A stretch of 64,000 nt of DNA from Octopus sinensis. Lineage: Eukaryota. Position numbers and translations under genes: made by a program. Of the stretch, positions 52,123-64,000 are shown one piece after another. The stretch lies in NCBI RefSeq assembly GCF_006345805.1, contig NC_042997.1, forward strand, positions 193,316,001-193,380,000, written 5' to 3'. The notes beneath the pieces were generated by a model. It had not been told where the DNA came from, made no database searches, and saw only the letters and a program-made list of their open reading frames with translations. Position 1 is the stretch's first letter; each line of letters opens with the position of its first letter.

Positions 52123-52246
52123 ATCTCTGACGAAGCCTAGAGAAACACCCAAGTACCTCAATTTCATCTACTAATTACTTCAGTCTACTGGAGGGATAAA
52201 GGTAGAATGAGGTATTTTTACCTCTTGGCTGAAACAGCTGTAAGAT
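52123..52246 (+). ncRNA. Type I hammerhead ribozyme motif with extended stem II
   Basis: ATCT-CTGACGA-AGCC-(~89 nt foldable insert)-GGCT-GAAA-CAGCTG-TA-AGAT. Stem I ATCT/AGAT, stem II AGCC/GGCT, palindromic stem III ACAGCTGT, GUA cleavage triplet. Confidence 0.8.
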
Positions 52247-52369
52247 ATCCCAATTTCTATTCCTGTATGTTAATTATCCTTTTAGGAAATAAATAAATAA
52301 ATAAATTGACATAATATAATGTCTAAAGGTTGATGAATACCACCTATTGATCTCCTCCATTTTCTTATT

Positions 52370-52414
<45 letters not shown>

Positions 52415-52693
52415 ATATATATATATAATATATATATATATATATAAATTAAATTAGAGATAAAATCACTATTAGGCAAATCAAACAGTGAAAAACATAA
52501 ACCAAAACATAAAAATAAAAATAATTAATATAATATAAAAAATAAATAAAATATAAATTTTACAAATTTAAATTATTTAAATTTAGATTTAAAATTAAAA
52601 TTATTAATTTATATTTATAAAATTTTATTTTATTTTATTTTATTTTATTTATTTTTTATTAAATATATATAACTATCAAAAAGTATTAAAAAG

Positions 52694-52752
<59 letters not shown>

Positions 52753-52773
52753 CATACATACATATACATACAC

Positions 52774-52845
52774 AGCAGAGTGGCGCAGTGGGAGCGTGCT
52801 GGGCCCATAACCCAGAGGTCCATAGATCGGAACTACACTCTGCTA
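52774..52845 (+). tRNA. Initiator tRNA-Met(CAT) copy, probably a pseudogene or SINE head
   Basis: AGCAGAGTGGCGCAGTGGGAGCGTGCTGGGCCCATAACCCAGAGGTCCATAGATCGGAACTACACTCTGCTA (72 nt) is near-identical to metazoan tRNAiMet. It has two T-stem mismatches and a T-loop/B-box change (ATCGGAA). Confidence 0.85.
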
Positions 52846-53305
52846 TTTGCATGAATCTTTTAAACGGCGGTGCATCAGCATGGCCGCAGCTCTGAGCTGA
52901 AACTAGAAAAAAAATACATACATATACATACATACAAACATACATACAAACATACATGTATATATACATACACACATATACACACACACACACATAATGG
53001 ACTCTCCTGTCAAAGACGATGTATTGAGTGTTCAGCCATTACTGAACCACCTGCCCAAATGATTTGTTTATATTGATCAAATGTGTGTACTGTACATAAT
53101 CTCACTCCCTCCATCAAATCGACGTTACCTGAACAGGTGCACAGTGTACCACAGATCAAAATGTCTTACTATTTTTTTCCTTAATAAAACACACTAAACT
53201 CATGTTCAGTTCTGTTTCATCATAACTTGCTTTCATTTCATGTTTTGCTTTCATTTTCTTTTCTTTCTTCATGCATATTTTCTTTCCTCTTCATTCCTCC
53301 ATTAT

Positions 53306-53344
<39 letters not shown>

Positions 53345-53347
53345 ACA

Positions 53348-53385
<38 letters not shown>

Positions 53386-53403
53386 AATTGACGGAAAAAG
53401 TTA

Positions 53404-53976
53404 TTATTTCTTTACTACCCACAAGGGGCTAAACACAGAGAGGACAAACAAGGACAGACGGACGGATTAAGCCGATTACATCGACCCCAGTGCGTAACTG
53501 GTACTTAATTTATCCACCCCGAAAGGATGAAAGGCAAAGTTGACCTTGGTGGAGTTTGAACTCAGAACGTAGTGGCAGACAAAATACCTATTTCTTTACT
53601 GCCCACAAGGGGCTAAACACAGAGAGGACAAACAAGGACAGACAGATGGAGTAAGTCGATTATATCGACCCCAGTGCATAACTGGTACTTATTTAATCGA
53701 CCCTGAAAGGATGAAAGGCAAAGTCAACCTTGGCAGAATTTGAACTCAGAACGTAGTGGCAGACAAAATACCTATTTCTTTATTGCCCACAGGGGGCTAA
53801 ATACAGAGGGGACAAACAAGGACAGACAAACAGATTAAGTCGATTACATTGACCCCAGTGTGTAACTGGTACTTAATTTATCGACCCCGAAAGGATGAAA
53901 ATCAAAGTTGACCTCGGCGGAATTGAACTCAGAACGTAACGGCAGACGAAATACAGCTACGCATTTCGCCCGGCGA
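53404..53976 (-). mobile_element. Trimeric Nin-domain SINE insertion
   Basis: Three ~184-bp head-to-tail units bounded by aattgacggaaaa(a)gtta at 53386-53403 and 53977-53993. Confidence 0.85.
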
Positions 53977-55094
53977 AATTGACGGAAAAGTTACAGAAGT
54001 ATTTCAAGAGCTGAGAATTTTGTGCATGGCACTTTAGACATCCTCTGCAGACCATGTGAAATGTAACATACAGAATTTAGCAACAAAACTGCAATAGATT
54101 GCTGTCAGCCCAAGTACTGCTTGAGGCTGTGCCTTTTTAGCTAATGAAACGATCTGCTTCAATTAATTTATCACAGCTAAGTCATCATTTGTTTCAGCAT
54201 AGATCAATTTGCTACAGTACAGTCATGCTGATTATAAGAATTCACAAAAATCAGGCAACATCATCATCATCATCCTCATCATCGTTTAACGTCCGCTTTC
54301 CATGCTATCATGGGTTGGATGATTTGACTGAGGACTGGAGAACCAGATGGCTGCACCAGGCTCCAATCTTGATATGGCAGAGTTTCTACAGCTTGGCAGC
54401 AAATTTATATAATGATCTGGAAATTGCTATTCATACATCATCATCATCACCCTCCTCCTCCTCAATTAAAGCCTGTTTTCCATGCTGGCATGGGTTGGAC
54501 AGCTTGACTGGATGTGGCGAGGCCAGGGACCACACCAAGTCCCATAGTCTATTTTTGGCTTGGTTTCTACCGCTGGATGCTCTTGCTAATGCCAACTACT
54601 TTACAGAGTGTACTGAGAACTTTTTACAAGAGAGAGTCATCAGTGCTTTTTACATGGTACCAACACCAATGCTTTGGCAAGTTCATTTACACACAATTCC
54701 ATCCAGATATCGAGCTAAACACTAGCACAATATAATGGCTGTAGTTGAGAAAAGTTGGTAAGCCTATGTTTAATGACAAGCATCAAATCATTAACTTTGT
54801 TGAGCAGAGTTATGGGCATGATGTTTTATATCATGTCATCTCTCCGTCATCTTAGGACAGCTGCTATGTAGTGGTTGATGGTTGACCCTGTCAAAAGCTT
54901 TAGCCTTATTGAAATTGACTCATGCCTCACCAAAGCTAAATCTATTGACAGCCTGCTTCAATGTCATAGATAAACCTGCCGATGACCACATAGGTTTGTG
55001 TATCACTACATTACTAACAACAAGTTTCAAAATCATTAACTCTGTATTGAGCAGAGTTATGGGTGAGAAGATTTTTTTATCATTCTCTCTTAGC

Positions 55095-55582
55095 AGTGCC
55101 AATACCCAAATCGAAATCGATCAACATCAATGGAAATTGTTGCTGTGATACCAGTGCCGGTGGCATGTAAGCGAACCATCCGAACATGGCCATTGCCAGC
55201 GCAGCCCTGACGGGCCTCCGTGCTGGTGGCACGTAAAAAGCACCATCCGATCGTGGCCGTTGCCAGCCTCGCCTGATCCCCGTGCTGGTGGCATGTAAAA
55301 AGCACCATCCGATCGTGGTCATTGCCAGCCTCGCCTGGCCCCCATGCCGGTGGCACATAAAAAGCACCATCTGACCATGGCCGTTTGCCAGCCCCGTCTG
55401 GCACGTAAAAAGCACCCACTACACTCACGGAGTGGTTGGCATTAGGAAGGGCATTCAGCCGTAGAAACATTGCCAGATCAGACTGGGCCTGGTGCAGCCT
55501 TCTGGCTTCCCAGACCCCAGTTGAACCGTCCAATCCATGCTAGCATGGAAAGCAGACGCTAAATGATGATGATGATGATGAT
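55095..55582 (+). mobile_element. RTE 3' UTR/tail with internal ~60-bp tandem units; many other copies (e.g. 5078-5330, 6208-6815, 22345-22603, 23285-23575, 23943-24250, 27655-27882, 39452-39850, 46894-47365, 48130-48580, 48760-49500)
   Basis: Same sequence as the 3' UTR that follows the RTE ORF stop at 42045: ggcacgtaaaagcacc...ggttggcgttaggaagggcatccagc...ggacgttaaacgatgatg. Confidence 0.85.
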
Positions 55583-57392
55583 TGAGAATGCACTCAGCCA
55601 GCTACTTGTTTCAGTATGTAGTGGTTAAGTGCGTATCATGGAAAACAGATGCAAATGGAATGTGTATGTCTTTAAAGTAAACAAATGCGTGAACTGATCC
55701 ATAATTAAAAATAATTTATTCACTGGACTTGATTTGTTATAGGTACACTTAATTCTTCACTACATACAAAATGTTGACAACTGCTATGAGTTGCTAGAAA
55801 TATAAACAGGGTACACTTTTGGAAGTCATATATCAGGAATGTATATGTTTGTGTGTGTGCGTAGTTCATTTAAGTTAAGTTAAGTTAAGTTAAGTTTTTG
55901 GCTCAAAAAGCAAAAGCAAGGCCATGTAGGGGGACATGGAGTTATGTACAGGGAGGGTGTTCATGCAAAGAGTTCAGGCTATTTCTGGTCAAGAGAGACT
56001 TTGAACCGAGTGGTCGTCGGCATCTTCACTATCTCGTCTGGCAGCTTATTCCACGATCCGCAACCCGGACAGAGACAGTAGTCTATCGTGGCACTTCAGA
56101 CATTCTGTGCGGTCATTCAAAACCTGTTGTGTGGTCGACCTTCCTCGATGCCTGCAGGGATTTTCTCTCCCTTTGTCTCTGTTGACCAACATATTTATAA
56201 TAATCGTGGCAGCTAGAAAGACAGACATACTGCAGCAGAGTTTGTACCTAAATAGGTCAGCTCCTGTCCATTTGAACTTTGCCTGACATGACTGAGGTCG
56301 TAGGTCAAAGGGAGATGATCAATCAATTTTTGACAGAACAAAGAAAACCTTTTTTCGCACCTGTTGTTCTTCGTGGTTTGGATGACCGAGAATTCTTAGA
56401 TTTGGTTTTGAATTTAGGCTTGGAGAAGGAAGTGTTAATTTTTACAAGTATACTGGTGCCAAGACAGGAGCATACAGATGCACTATCTTCCAGAATCTGA
56501 GTTCCTGTCTATAGTTCTATTCTAAGTTGATTGTATATGTTATGAATTTGTGGTCCTTGTAACCCCTATCTGAAACTATGGAAAACTTAGACTATCTAAA
56601 TATGACTAGGATGCCCTATTGTGATTTCTCTAAGTCCATATTAACATGTTCAAGAAATCAAGGCAAAAAGTTGTCAGTGTCTGGGAAGGTTTGCATCCCC
56701 TCTCTTATTGGTACCCTCACATAATTCCTGAGCATGCCCAAAATGCTGATCCAGCTACTCTCAAACTCTATTGGCAATGCTTGCAGGAGTGACTATATAT
56801 CTAAAAAATTCCGACCCTACCTTCTCTCCTCAATGCATAAATATCCACTCATCTGATACCTCTTTCACCACCCAAACTGCTGCTCATGTTCAGGGACTTC
56901 AGATATATATATGACGGACTTCTTTCAGTTTCCATCTACCAAATCCACTCACAAGGCTTTGGTCAGCCCGAGGCTATAGTAGAAGACACTTTGCCCAAAG
57001 TGCCACACAGTGGGACTGAACCCGGAACCAAGTGGTTAGTAAGCAAGCTACTTACCACACAGCCACTCCTGTGTCTGTGGACAAGATATCTAAAGAACCG
57101 TATTACAGTTTTCTTAGACTGAATTTACTATCTGAGTCTAGGAAACCATATTCATTTCTAGGCACAGGTTTTTCTGAAACAGTTCTTACACTGCTTCATC
57201 CAGACTGATCAAAAAGAGGAGGTTGAACCAGTTTGTAATCTGACAATGTTGAGTCGGTCTTCTACCTTCCATGCTGACCATAAGCAATGTATTTTTAAAC
57301 TATTTATTTTAGTATAGCCATTTAAACAAAAAGTTGGGAAGATAGTTATTTACCCTGTTCATATTTTCACTTGAATTAAGAATTTCATCTTT

Positions 57393-57702
57393 GTTAAGTT
57401 AAGTTAAGTTAAGTTAAGTTAATTTTTTGGCTCAAAAAGCAAAAAGCAAGGCCTTGTAGGGGGACATGGAGTTATGTACAGGGAGGGTGTTCATGCAAAG
57501 AGTTCAGGCCATTTCTGGTCAAGAGAGACTTTGAACCGAGCAGTCGTCAGCATCTTCACTATCTCGTCCGGCAGCTTATTCCACGGATTCGCAACCCGGA
57601 CGGAGAAAGCCCCTCTCCTTCGATTGAAATGAAATCGTCGCAGATAGAGCTTTTCGGAGCGACCCCACAGCCGACGCTCTGGAGCAAGAGTGAAGAACAG
57701 CT
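57393..57702 (-). mobile_element. LINE 3' end with (CTTAA)n tail; second copy ~55870-56222
   Basis: Reverse strand encodes ..RRGAFSVRVANPWNKLPDEIVKM.. The 3' UTR and (gttaa)n tail are shared between both copies. Confidence 0.8.
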
Positions 57703-57850
57703 GTTAGAGAGAACGTACTCCATTAACTGCTTATCTTCTTTCAGAAAGCCGTATAATTGAGAGGTTTGAATGTGAGTTGTTATTGCTGTGGTTGTAATTA
57801 TTGTAGCTCTTGTGGCTGTTATCCTTGATGTGCTTTTGATGTTGCTGTGC

Positions 57851-59590
57851 TTATTACCTCTGCCTTAGCGAAGGTGGAGATATTGTTTTCAGTCATGTTT
57901 GTTTGTTTGTTTGTCTCTCTCTTTCTCTTTTCTCTCTTTTACTTGTTTCAGTCATTTGACTGTGGCCATGCTGGAGCACCACCTTTAGTCGAGCAAATCG
58001 ACCCCAGGACTTATTCTTTGTAAGCCTAGTACTTATTTTATCAGTCTCTTTTTCTGCCGAACCACTAAGTTACGGGGACGCAAACACACCAGCAAAGGTT
58101 GTCAAGTGATGTTGCGGGGACAAACACAGACACACAAACACACACACATATGTATGTATATACATTTATATATATACGGCGGGCTTCTTTCAGTTTCCAT
58201 CTACCAAATCCACTCACAAGGCATTGGTTGGCCTGAGGCTATAGTAGAAGACACTTGCCCAAGGTGCCACGCAGTGGAACTGAACCCGGAACCATGTGCA
58301 TATGAGATGTCATCGGGTGTACCACAGGGATCTGTCCTTGGTCCCCTCTTGTTTGTGGCATACATTAACGACATAGATGCCAATTTAAGGAATGCCACAG
58401 TATTGAAATATGCAGACGACATCAAGCTGTACCTTGAAATCAAGAGGACAGATCCTGATGTCTACAACTCTTTCCTGCAATCAGACCTAGACACAATGCA
58501 GCAATGGATCACAGACTGGCAACTGAAACTGGCTGTGGACAAGTGTACCACCATGCATTTTGGGAGAAAAAACCCTGCGTTCACATACTCCCTCCACAAC
58601 ACTGATATCAAGAAATCCTCTTGCGAGCGTGACCTAGGCATCACTGTCAGCAGTGATTTGCGTTGGTCAAAGCATATCTCTAAGATTGTCAGAAGGCCGA
58701 GGGTGTCTTGGCATCACTCAGCAGGTATTTTGTTAGCCGCTCTCCAGCCATCTATTTAAAACTGTATACAGCTATGGTACGACCACACTTGGAATTCGCA
58801 TCATCAGTTTGGAACCCCTATCTTGCACAGAACATTGACCTCCTGGAATCTGTCCAGAGACGTGCAACCAAACGCATACCCTCCATCAGACACCTACCAT
58901 ATTCTGAGCGCCTTGTTTCCCTGGGCATGGATTCACTGAAGCTCCGGCGTTTGGCGACGGACTTGGTAAACACCCACAAAGTTATCAACCACCTCACCAA
59001 CAACAACACTGAACACCTTTTTGATCTCCATGTGTCTAACACACGTGGACATGCCTACAAAGTCAGAAAACAATACAGCTCCCATGACTTTCGGAAACAT
59101 TTTTTCACGCTCAGGGTTGCTGAAGCGTGGAATAAACTGCCTGCATCAGTTGTTGACTGCCATGACACTGCATCCTTTAAGGCCCTCATGCTTTCCGAAA
59201 TCCGTCGAAACTACACCTGATTATATATACACTTTAGATGAGTTGTAGTGCACCTGAGCACTGTACACAATTATAATTATTATTATTATTATTAAGCAAG
59301 CTATTTACCACACAGTCACTCCTGCATCTGTGGACAAGATATCTAAAGAACTGGTGGATGGATTCAAATGAAACTTTCAGGGATGTTTGGCTTCGTGACT
59401 GGCACAAACTGATTAGATTTTAGGATCGATCTAGTACCAGTCAAGGATTCTTGATTATTCTTCCTGTTTTTTTTACTTAATTTTTGAGAGAATTTGGGTT
59501 CACTTTTAGTTTTCCCATTTGTGGGAGCAGTTGAGCTTATTTAATCGGTGTTGCCTTGGCAGAGGTTTGCACTGTCTGAGTGCTCTTGTC
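57851..59590 (+). mobile_element. Helentron/DINE-like element with nested SINE and LINE
   Basis: Start ttattacctctgcc...(gttt)n. End ccttggcagaggtttgcactgtctgagtgctcttgt, with subterminal inverted acctctgcc / ggcagaggt. An inverted end copy lies at ~16459-16494. Confidence 0.6.
58299..59292 (+). mobile_element. 5'-truncated CR1-like LINE (RT C-terminus, one frameshift, short 3' UTR, (TTA)n tail) inserted in a SINE
   Basis: SGVPQGSVLGPLLF...YADD...ERDLG...RPHLEFAS..W.P...VQRRAT...WNKLP. The SINE resumes after the tail. Confidence 0.9.
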
Positions 59591-59949
59591 ATTGTTTTTG
59601 TTCTTGATGTTGCTGTTTTTGGTTTCTATCTCTAGTTGTTGAATCTTCTTTTTCTGATGCTGTTGTTGATGTGATTGTTGGTTTGTCAAACGGTCAGACT
59701 GTTTGACCGTTTATTATTATTATTTTTTTAATGTTGTTTTGTTTGGTAGGAAGCTTCAGTCACCAGATTGTCCCCTCTTCCATTTAGAATGCCCTTCCAC
59801 TACCTGCCATTCAGACATCTTTGGTTTGTGACTACACATGAGAGGATATATAAAGGCTTCCAATTACTTTATTTTTCCATGATTTTAGTTGCTGTAGGTG
59901 ATGATGGTGGGGAACATTTCTTTAGAATCCATTTACAACAACAACGATG

Positions 59950-60012
<63 letters not shown>

Positions 60013-60339
60013 CATACATTGAGCTTCTATGCCCTAGGTGTTTGGAAAACATTCGGCGAGAAATGGAAGAAAATTTGAAGAAAGAAGAAAAAAAAAAAAT
60101 CCTTTATACTGGAAGCACAAGGCCTCAAATTTGGGAGAAGGGATTAAGTTAATTACATTGACCCCAGTGCATAACTGGTACTTATTTAATTAACTCCGAA
60201 AGGATGAAAGGCAAAGTTGACGTCGGTGGAATTTGAACTTAGAATGTAGCAGCAGATGAAATACTGCTAAGCATTTTGCCAGGCATGCTAACGATTCTGC
60301 CAGCTTGCTGCCTTTAATAATAATAATAATAATGATAAC

Positions 60340-60391
<52 letters not shown>

Positions 60392-60395
<4 letters not shown>

Positions 60396-60818
60396 CATGC
60401 CTCCTCATTGATATGACTGTCCCAACTGATATAAACATATCTGTCAAGACCTACCAGAAACTGAGCAAATAAAAAGATCTTGAAATAGAAATCAGCAAAA
60501 TGTGGAACCTGAAGACTAAAACAATACCTGTTGTCATAGGTGCCCTGGGAATGATAGCAAAAGGGGCTGAGATAGTGCTCATGGGAACTGCTCTTATATC
60601 ACACTCAAAATACTTTCTATGTAATCTCAAGTTTTAAAACAAACATAATTTTCGTATGGTTTTTTAGACATTCACTAGTACAACACTAAGTACAAAACCA
60701 AATATAACACACCTTAGGCATAACAACAACACGAACTTCCAACTTGTTGTTTCTTGAGGTCTCTGGGTGAGACTTGGAACCAGCTTGTGCAAATGTAAAG
60801 CAAAAGTCAAACATAGAA
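60392..60818 (+). mobile_element. R4/Dong-like non-LTR 3' fragment (restriction-like endonuclease region) in (TAA)n; related fragments 61180-61530, 61600-61770, 63876-64000
   Basis: Translates as KTCLLIDMTVP.D.N....K..K.KDL.IE..KMW.LKTK.IPVVIGALGMI. Every copy is flanked by (TAA)n. Confidence 0.8.
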
Positions 60819-61526
60819 TAATAATAATAATAATAATGATGATGATGATGATAATGATAATAATAATGGTTTTAAATTTCGATGCAAGGCCAGTAATTTT
60901 GAGGGCGGGCTTAAGAGCCTCAAAAGTGAATGTGGTACATATTGTGATCAGTCCACTTGGGACCATCTCAAACAAAACAATACTCTGGCACCAAAAGCTG
61001 CCAATACCAAACATTGGTGGCAATACTGGGAACAGCTCATGTTTTGAACCTGAAAAAGACAGATGGTCTCTCAAAATATTGTTCAAACAGTTAAATAAAC
61101 AATCTGTTACAAATTGCATCATGTTCTTGTTGTTGTCTATTTACCTTTGTGAAGAGTTATGTCAATCTTTATAATAATAATGATATCAATACCAACAAAT
61201 GACAAGATTTCTCTAAAAGAAATGGAGAAACTTTCAAAATACAAAGACCTGGAAATAGAGGTAACTCGAATGTGGAATCTAAAAACAAACAATTCCTACC
61301 ATAGTAGGAGCATTAGGTATGATAAAGAAATATTCAGACAAATACATAGCAAAAACACCAGGACTTACAAATATATATAACATAAATAAAATAGCACTAC
61401 TAGGCACTGCACACATCCTACGCAGAACACTTTCCATACAATAACCATCAGAGCATCACAACAAACCACAGCACATACCCAAGGCACACGGTAGGGAAGT
61501 GAAAGCACGCTATAAAAATAAAAATA

Positions 61527-61584
<58 letters not shown>

Positions 61585-61799
61585 TGATTAAAAAATAATA
61601 TAATGTACAGAAAATTGCACTACTGGGCACTGCACACATCCTACGCAAAACACTTTCAATACAGTAACCATAAGAGCATCACAACAAACCACAGCACATA
61701 CCCAAGGCACACAGAGCTGCACTCAGTAGTGCAGTGAAAGCACGTGATAAAAATAAGACTACTGACTAATGATGATGATAATAATAACAGTAGTAGTAG

Positions 61800-63568
61800 C
61801 AACCTCTCTTGAAAGTTGACAAAGTTTGGTATTGTGGTGTTTATGAAGTACCTGCAGAAAATTGCTTTAGTCCATAACATTCATGCTGATATTATCCCCT
61901 AATGTTTCTACATTAGGGATAATGTTCCATCTTTGTCAACAGTGCAAAAGCGGGCAGCTGAATTTAGGAGGGTAAGGAAGAAGCTTGTAGATGACCCAAG
62001 GTCTAGATGTCTTGCGACTGCCACTCCTGAGGAAAACATTCGTCACATGCACCACATGGTGATGGATGACAGGTGTTTGACTATAAATCAAATAGCTATT
62101 AACATACCCCATGAGAGAGTTGAGAATATTCTGCACAATGAACTTGGCATGATGAAGGCTTCTGTTCAGTGGGTGCTACATCTTCTGACACCTGATCAAA
62201 AGTGCACCAGGCTGATTAGATCGTGGGAAAATCTGACATCATTTGAGGCAGATCCATCTGGTTTCCTTGAATGTTTTCGAACCCAGGATAAGCGTTGGCT
62301 TCATCACTTTGAACTGAAGATAGGTGCAGGAGTGGCTGTGTAGTAAGTAGCTTGCTTACCAACCACATGGTTTCGGGTTCAGTCCCACTGTGTGGCACTT
62401 TGGGCAAGTATCTTCTACTATAGCCTCGGGCCGACCAAAGCCTTGTGAGTGGATTTGGTAGATGGAAACTGAAAGAAGCCCACCGTATATATATATGTCG
62501 TATATATATGTCGTATATATATGTTTGTGTGTCTGTTTGTCCCCCCCAACATCGCTTGACAACCGATGCTGGCGTGTTTACGTCCCCGTAACTTAGCGGT
62601 TCGGCAAAAGAGACCGATAGAATAAGTACTAGGCTTACAAAGAATAAGTCCTGGGGGGGTCGATTTGCTCAACTAAAGGCGTTGCTCCAGCATGGCCACA
62701 GTCAAATGACTGAAACAAGTAAAAGAGTAAAAGAGACAATTCATGCAGTGGAAACACCCCTCCTCACCTGCTCCAAAGAAGACCAAGGGCGTTTCATCTG
62801 ATAGCCTCAGTTTTTTTTGGATGCAAAAGACATTGTATTTATTGACTATCTTCAAAAGGGCCATGCCATCAATGGTGATTACTATGCCAACTGCTGAGGC
62901 AGTTATGAAAGCTGTCAAGACCAAACACCTTGGAAAACTGACAAAAAGGGTCTTGTTTCACCAGAACAATGCTCCAGCATACAAGTCCCTGGTTTGAATG
63001 GCTGCTGTGCATGACTGTGGCTTTGAACTGGTTGATTATTTCACCTGTTCTTCTGATTTTGCCCCCACTTGACTATCATCTGTTCTTCAAATGGAATAAC
63101 ACTTGGCTGGGAACCAGTATCACAGTGAAGATGATGTCATATCTGCTGTTGATGGCTTTTTTGAGCAAAAGCATGAAATCGTCTTCACGAATGAGAATCC
63201 AGCACTGCAATACCTATTTCTTTACTACCCACAAGGGGCTACACACAGAAGGGACAAACAAGGACAAACAAGGACAAACAAACGGATTAAGTTGATTACA
63301 TCGACCCCAGTGCGTAACTGGTATTTAATTTATCAACCCCGAAAGGATGAAAGGCAAAGTCGACCTCGGCGGAATTTGAACTCAGAACGTAACAGCACAC
63401 AAAATACAGCTACGTATTTCACTTGGCGTGCCAACATTTCTGCTAGCTCACCACCTTATGCAGCACTGTAATACCAATGGAAGAAGTGTGTTGAGAAGTA
63501 AACCTCATTTGGTCACATATCATGAAAGTATTTTGGTCAGCCTAGGAACTTTTCAGCCAACCCTCGTA
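61800..63568 (+). mobile_element. Degenerate mariner transposon interrupted by two SINEs
   Basis: Motifs DDPRS, WVLHLLT (WVPHEL-like), TQDKRW (TGDEKW-like), FHQNNAP, SDFAPLDYHLF (YSPDLAPSD-like). Right TIR gaacttttcagccaaccctcg-TA. Confidence 0.88.
62321..62733 (+). mobile_element. Major ~400-bp tRNA-headed CORE-like SINE with internal microsatellite. Other copies (+): 8200-8757, 9450-9953, 11996-12300, 20459-20790, 25550-25935, 46312-46785, 51641-52050. Other copies (-): 3173-3590, 4228-4629, 7252-7629, 10920-11277, 57930-59326, 63630-63812
   Basis: Head gagtggctgtgtggtaag...ggttcagtccc, CORE-like gtggcaccttgggcaagtg, tail ggcggtgctccagcatggccgcagtcaaatgactgaaac(aagtaaaag)n. Confidence 0.9.
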
Positions 63569-63832
63569 TAATGAAGGAATTGAGGTTTTAAAAGTACAGT
63601 TAAATGATTTAGTGGCCTTGTGATTGCCTACTCTTTACTCTTTTACTTGTTGCAGTCATTTGACTGTGGCCATGCTGGAGCACCGCCTTTAGTCAAGCAA
63701 ATCGACCCCAGGACTTATTCTTTGTAAGCCTAGTACTTAGTCTATCAGTCTCTTTTGCCAAACTGCTAAGTTACGGGGACGCAAACACACCAGCATCGGT
63801 TGTCAAGCGATGTAACCCCTCTAATATTAACC

Positions 63833-63879
<47 letters not shown>

Positions 63880-64000
63880 CAAAAACACAAGGACTTACAA
63901 ATATATATAACATACAGAAAATTGCACAACTGGGCACTGCACACATCCTACTCAAAACACTTTCAATACAGTAACCATCGGAGCATCACAACAAATAACA

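Noticed and set aside
54144-54725. 193-aa ORF and recurring 'WMPFLTPT' / 'LDALPNAN' / 'LPKVPCSGTEP' ORFs
   Set aside because: They are read-through of RTE tails and SINEs, not host genes.
62696-62725. SINE tail AGTC-aaat-GACT-GAAAC-aa-GTA resembling a hammerhead 3' half
   Set aside because: I saw no CUGANGA before the stem in the copies I checked. It is better explained as a LINE-type 3' stem-loop.

Overview
AT-rich, repeat-dense eukaryotic DNA. The SINE/LINE families and microsatellites point to a cephalopod, most likely Octopus (inferred, not verified). One host gene is clear: the 5' part of Polycomb PRC2 subunit SUZ12 on the minus strand, with coding exons at 30349-30586, 22130-22176 and 644-708, introns of about 8.2 and 21.4 kb, and a probable promoter near 31.5-31.9 kb. 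The rest is mostly mobile DNA: tRNA-derived SINEs (CORE-like and Nin-domain types), RTE, CR1/Jockey-like and R4/Dong-like LINE fragments, mariner, piggyBac, hAT and pogo elements/MITEs, and Helentron-like non-autonomous elements. The most interesting hidden signals are RNA structures. (i) Type I hammerhead ribozyme motifs with palindromic stem III at 52123-52246 (intact core, very long stem II) and 35914-35961, plus a variant-core pair at 8403-8438 and 12390-12425, all in (TA)n-embedded Penelope-like repeats. (ii) An initiator tRNA-Met copy fused to a SINE/LINE-type 3' stem-loop that shows compensatory changes. (iii) Arrays of a putative pseudoknot in the RTE 3' UTR. (iv) A tandemly duplicated 124-bp palindrome next to a hammerhead. 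Coordinates were read by eye, and repeat boundaries are approximate.
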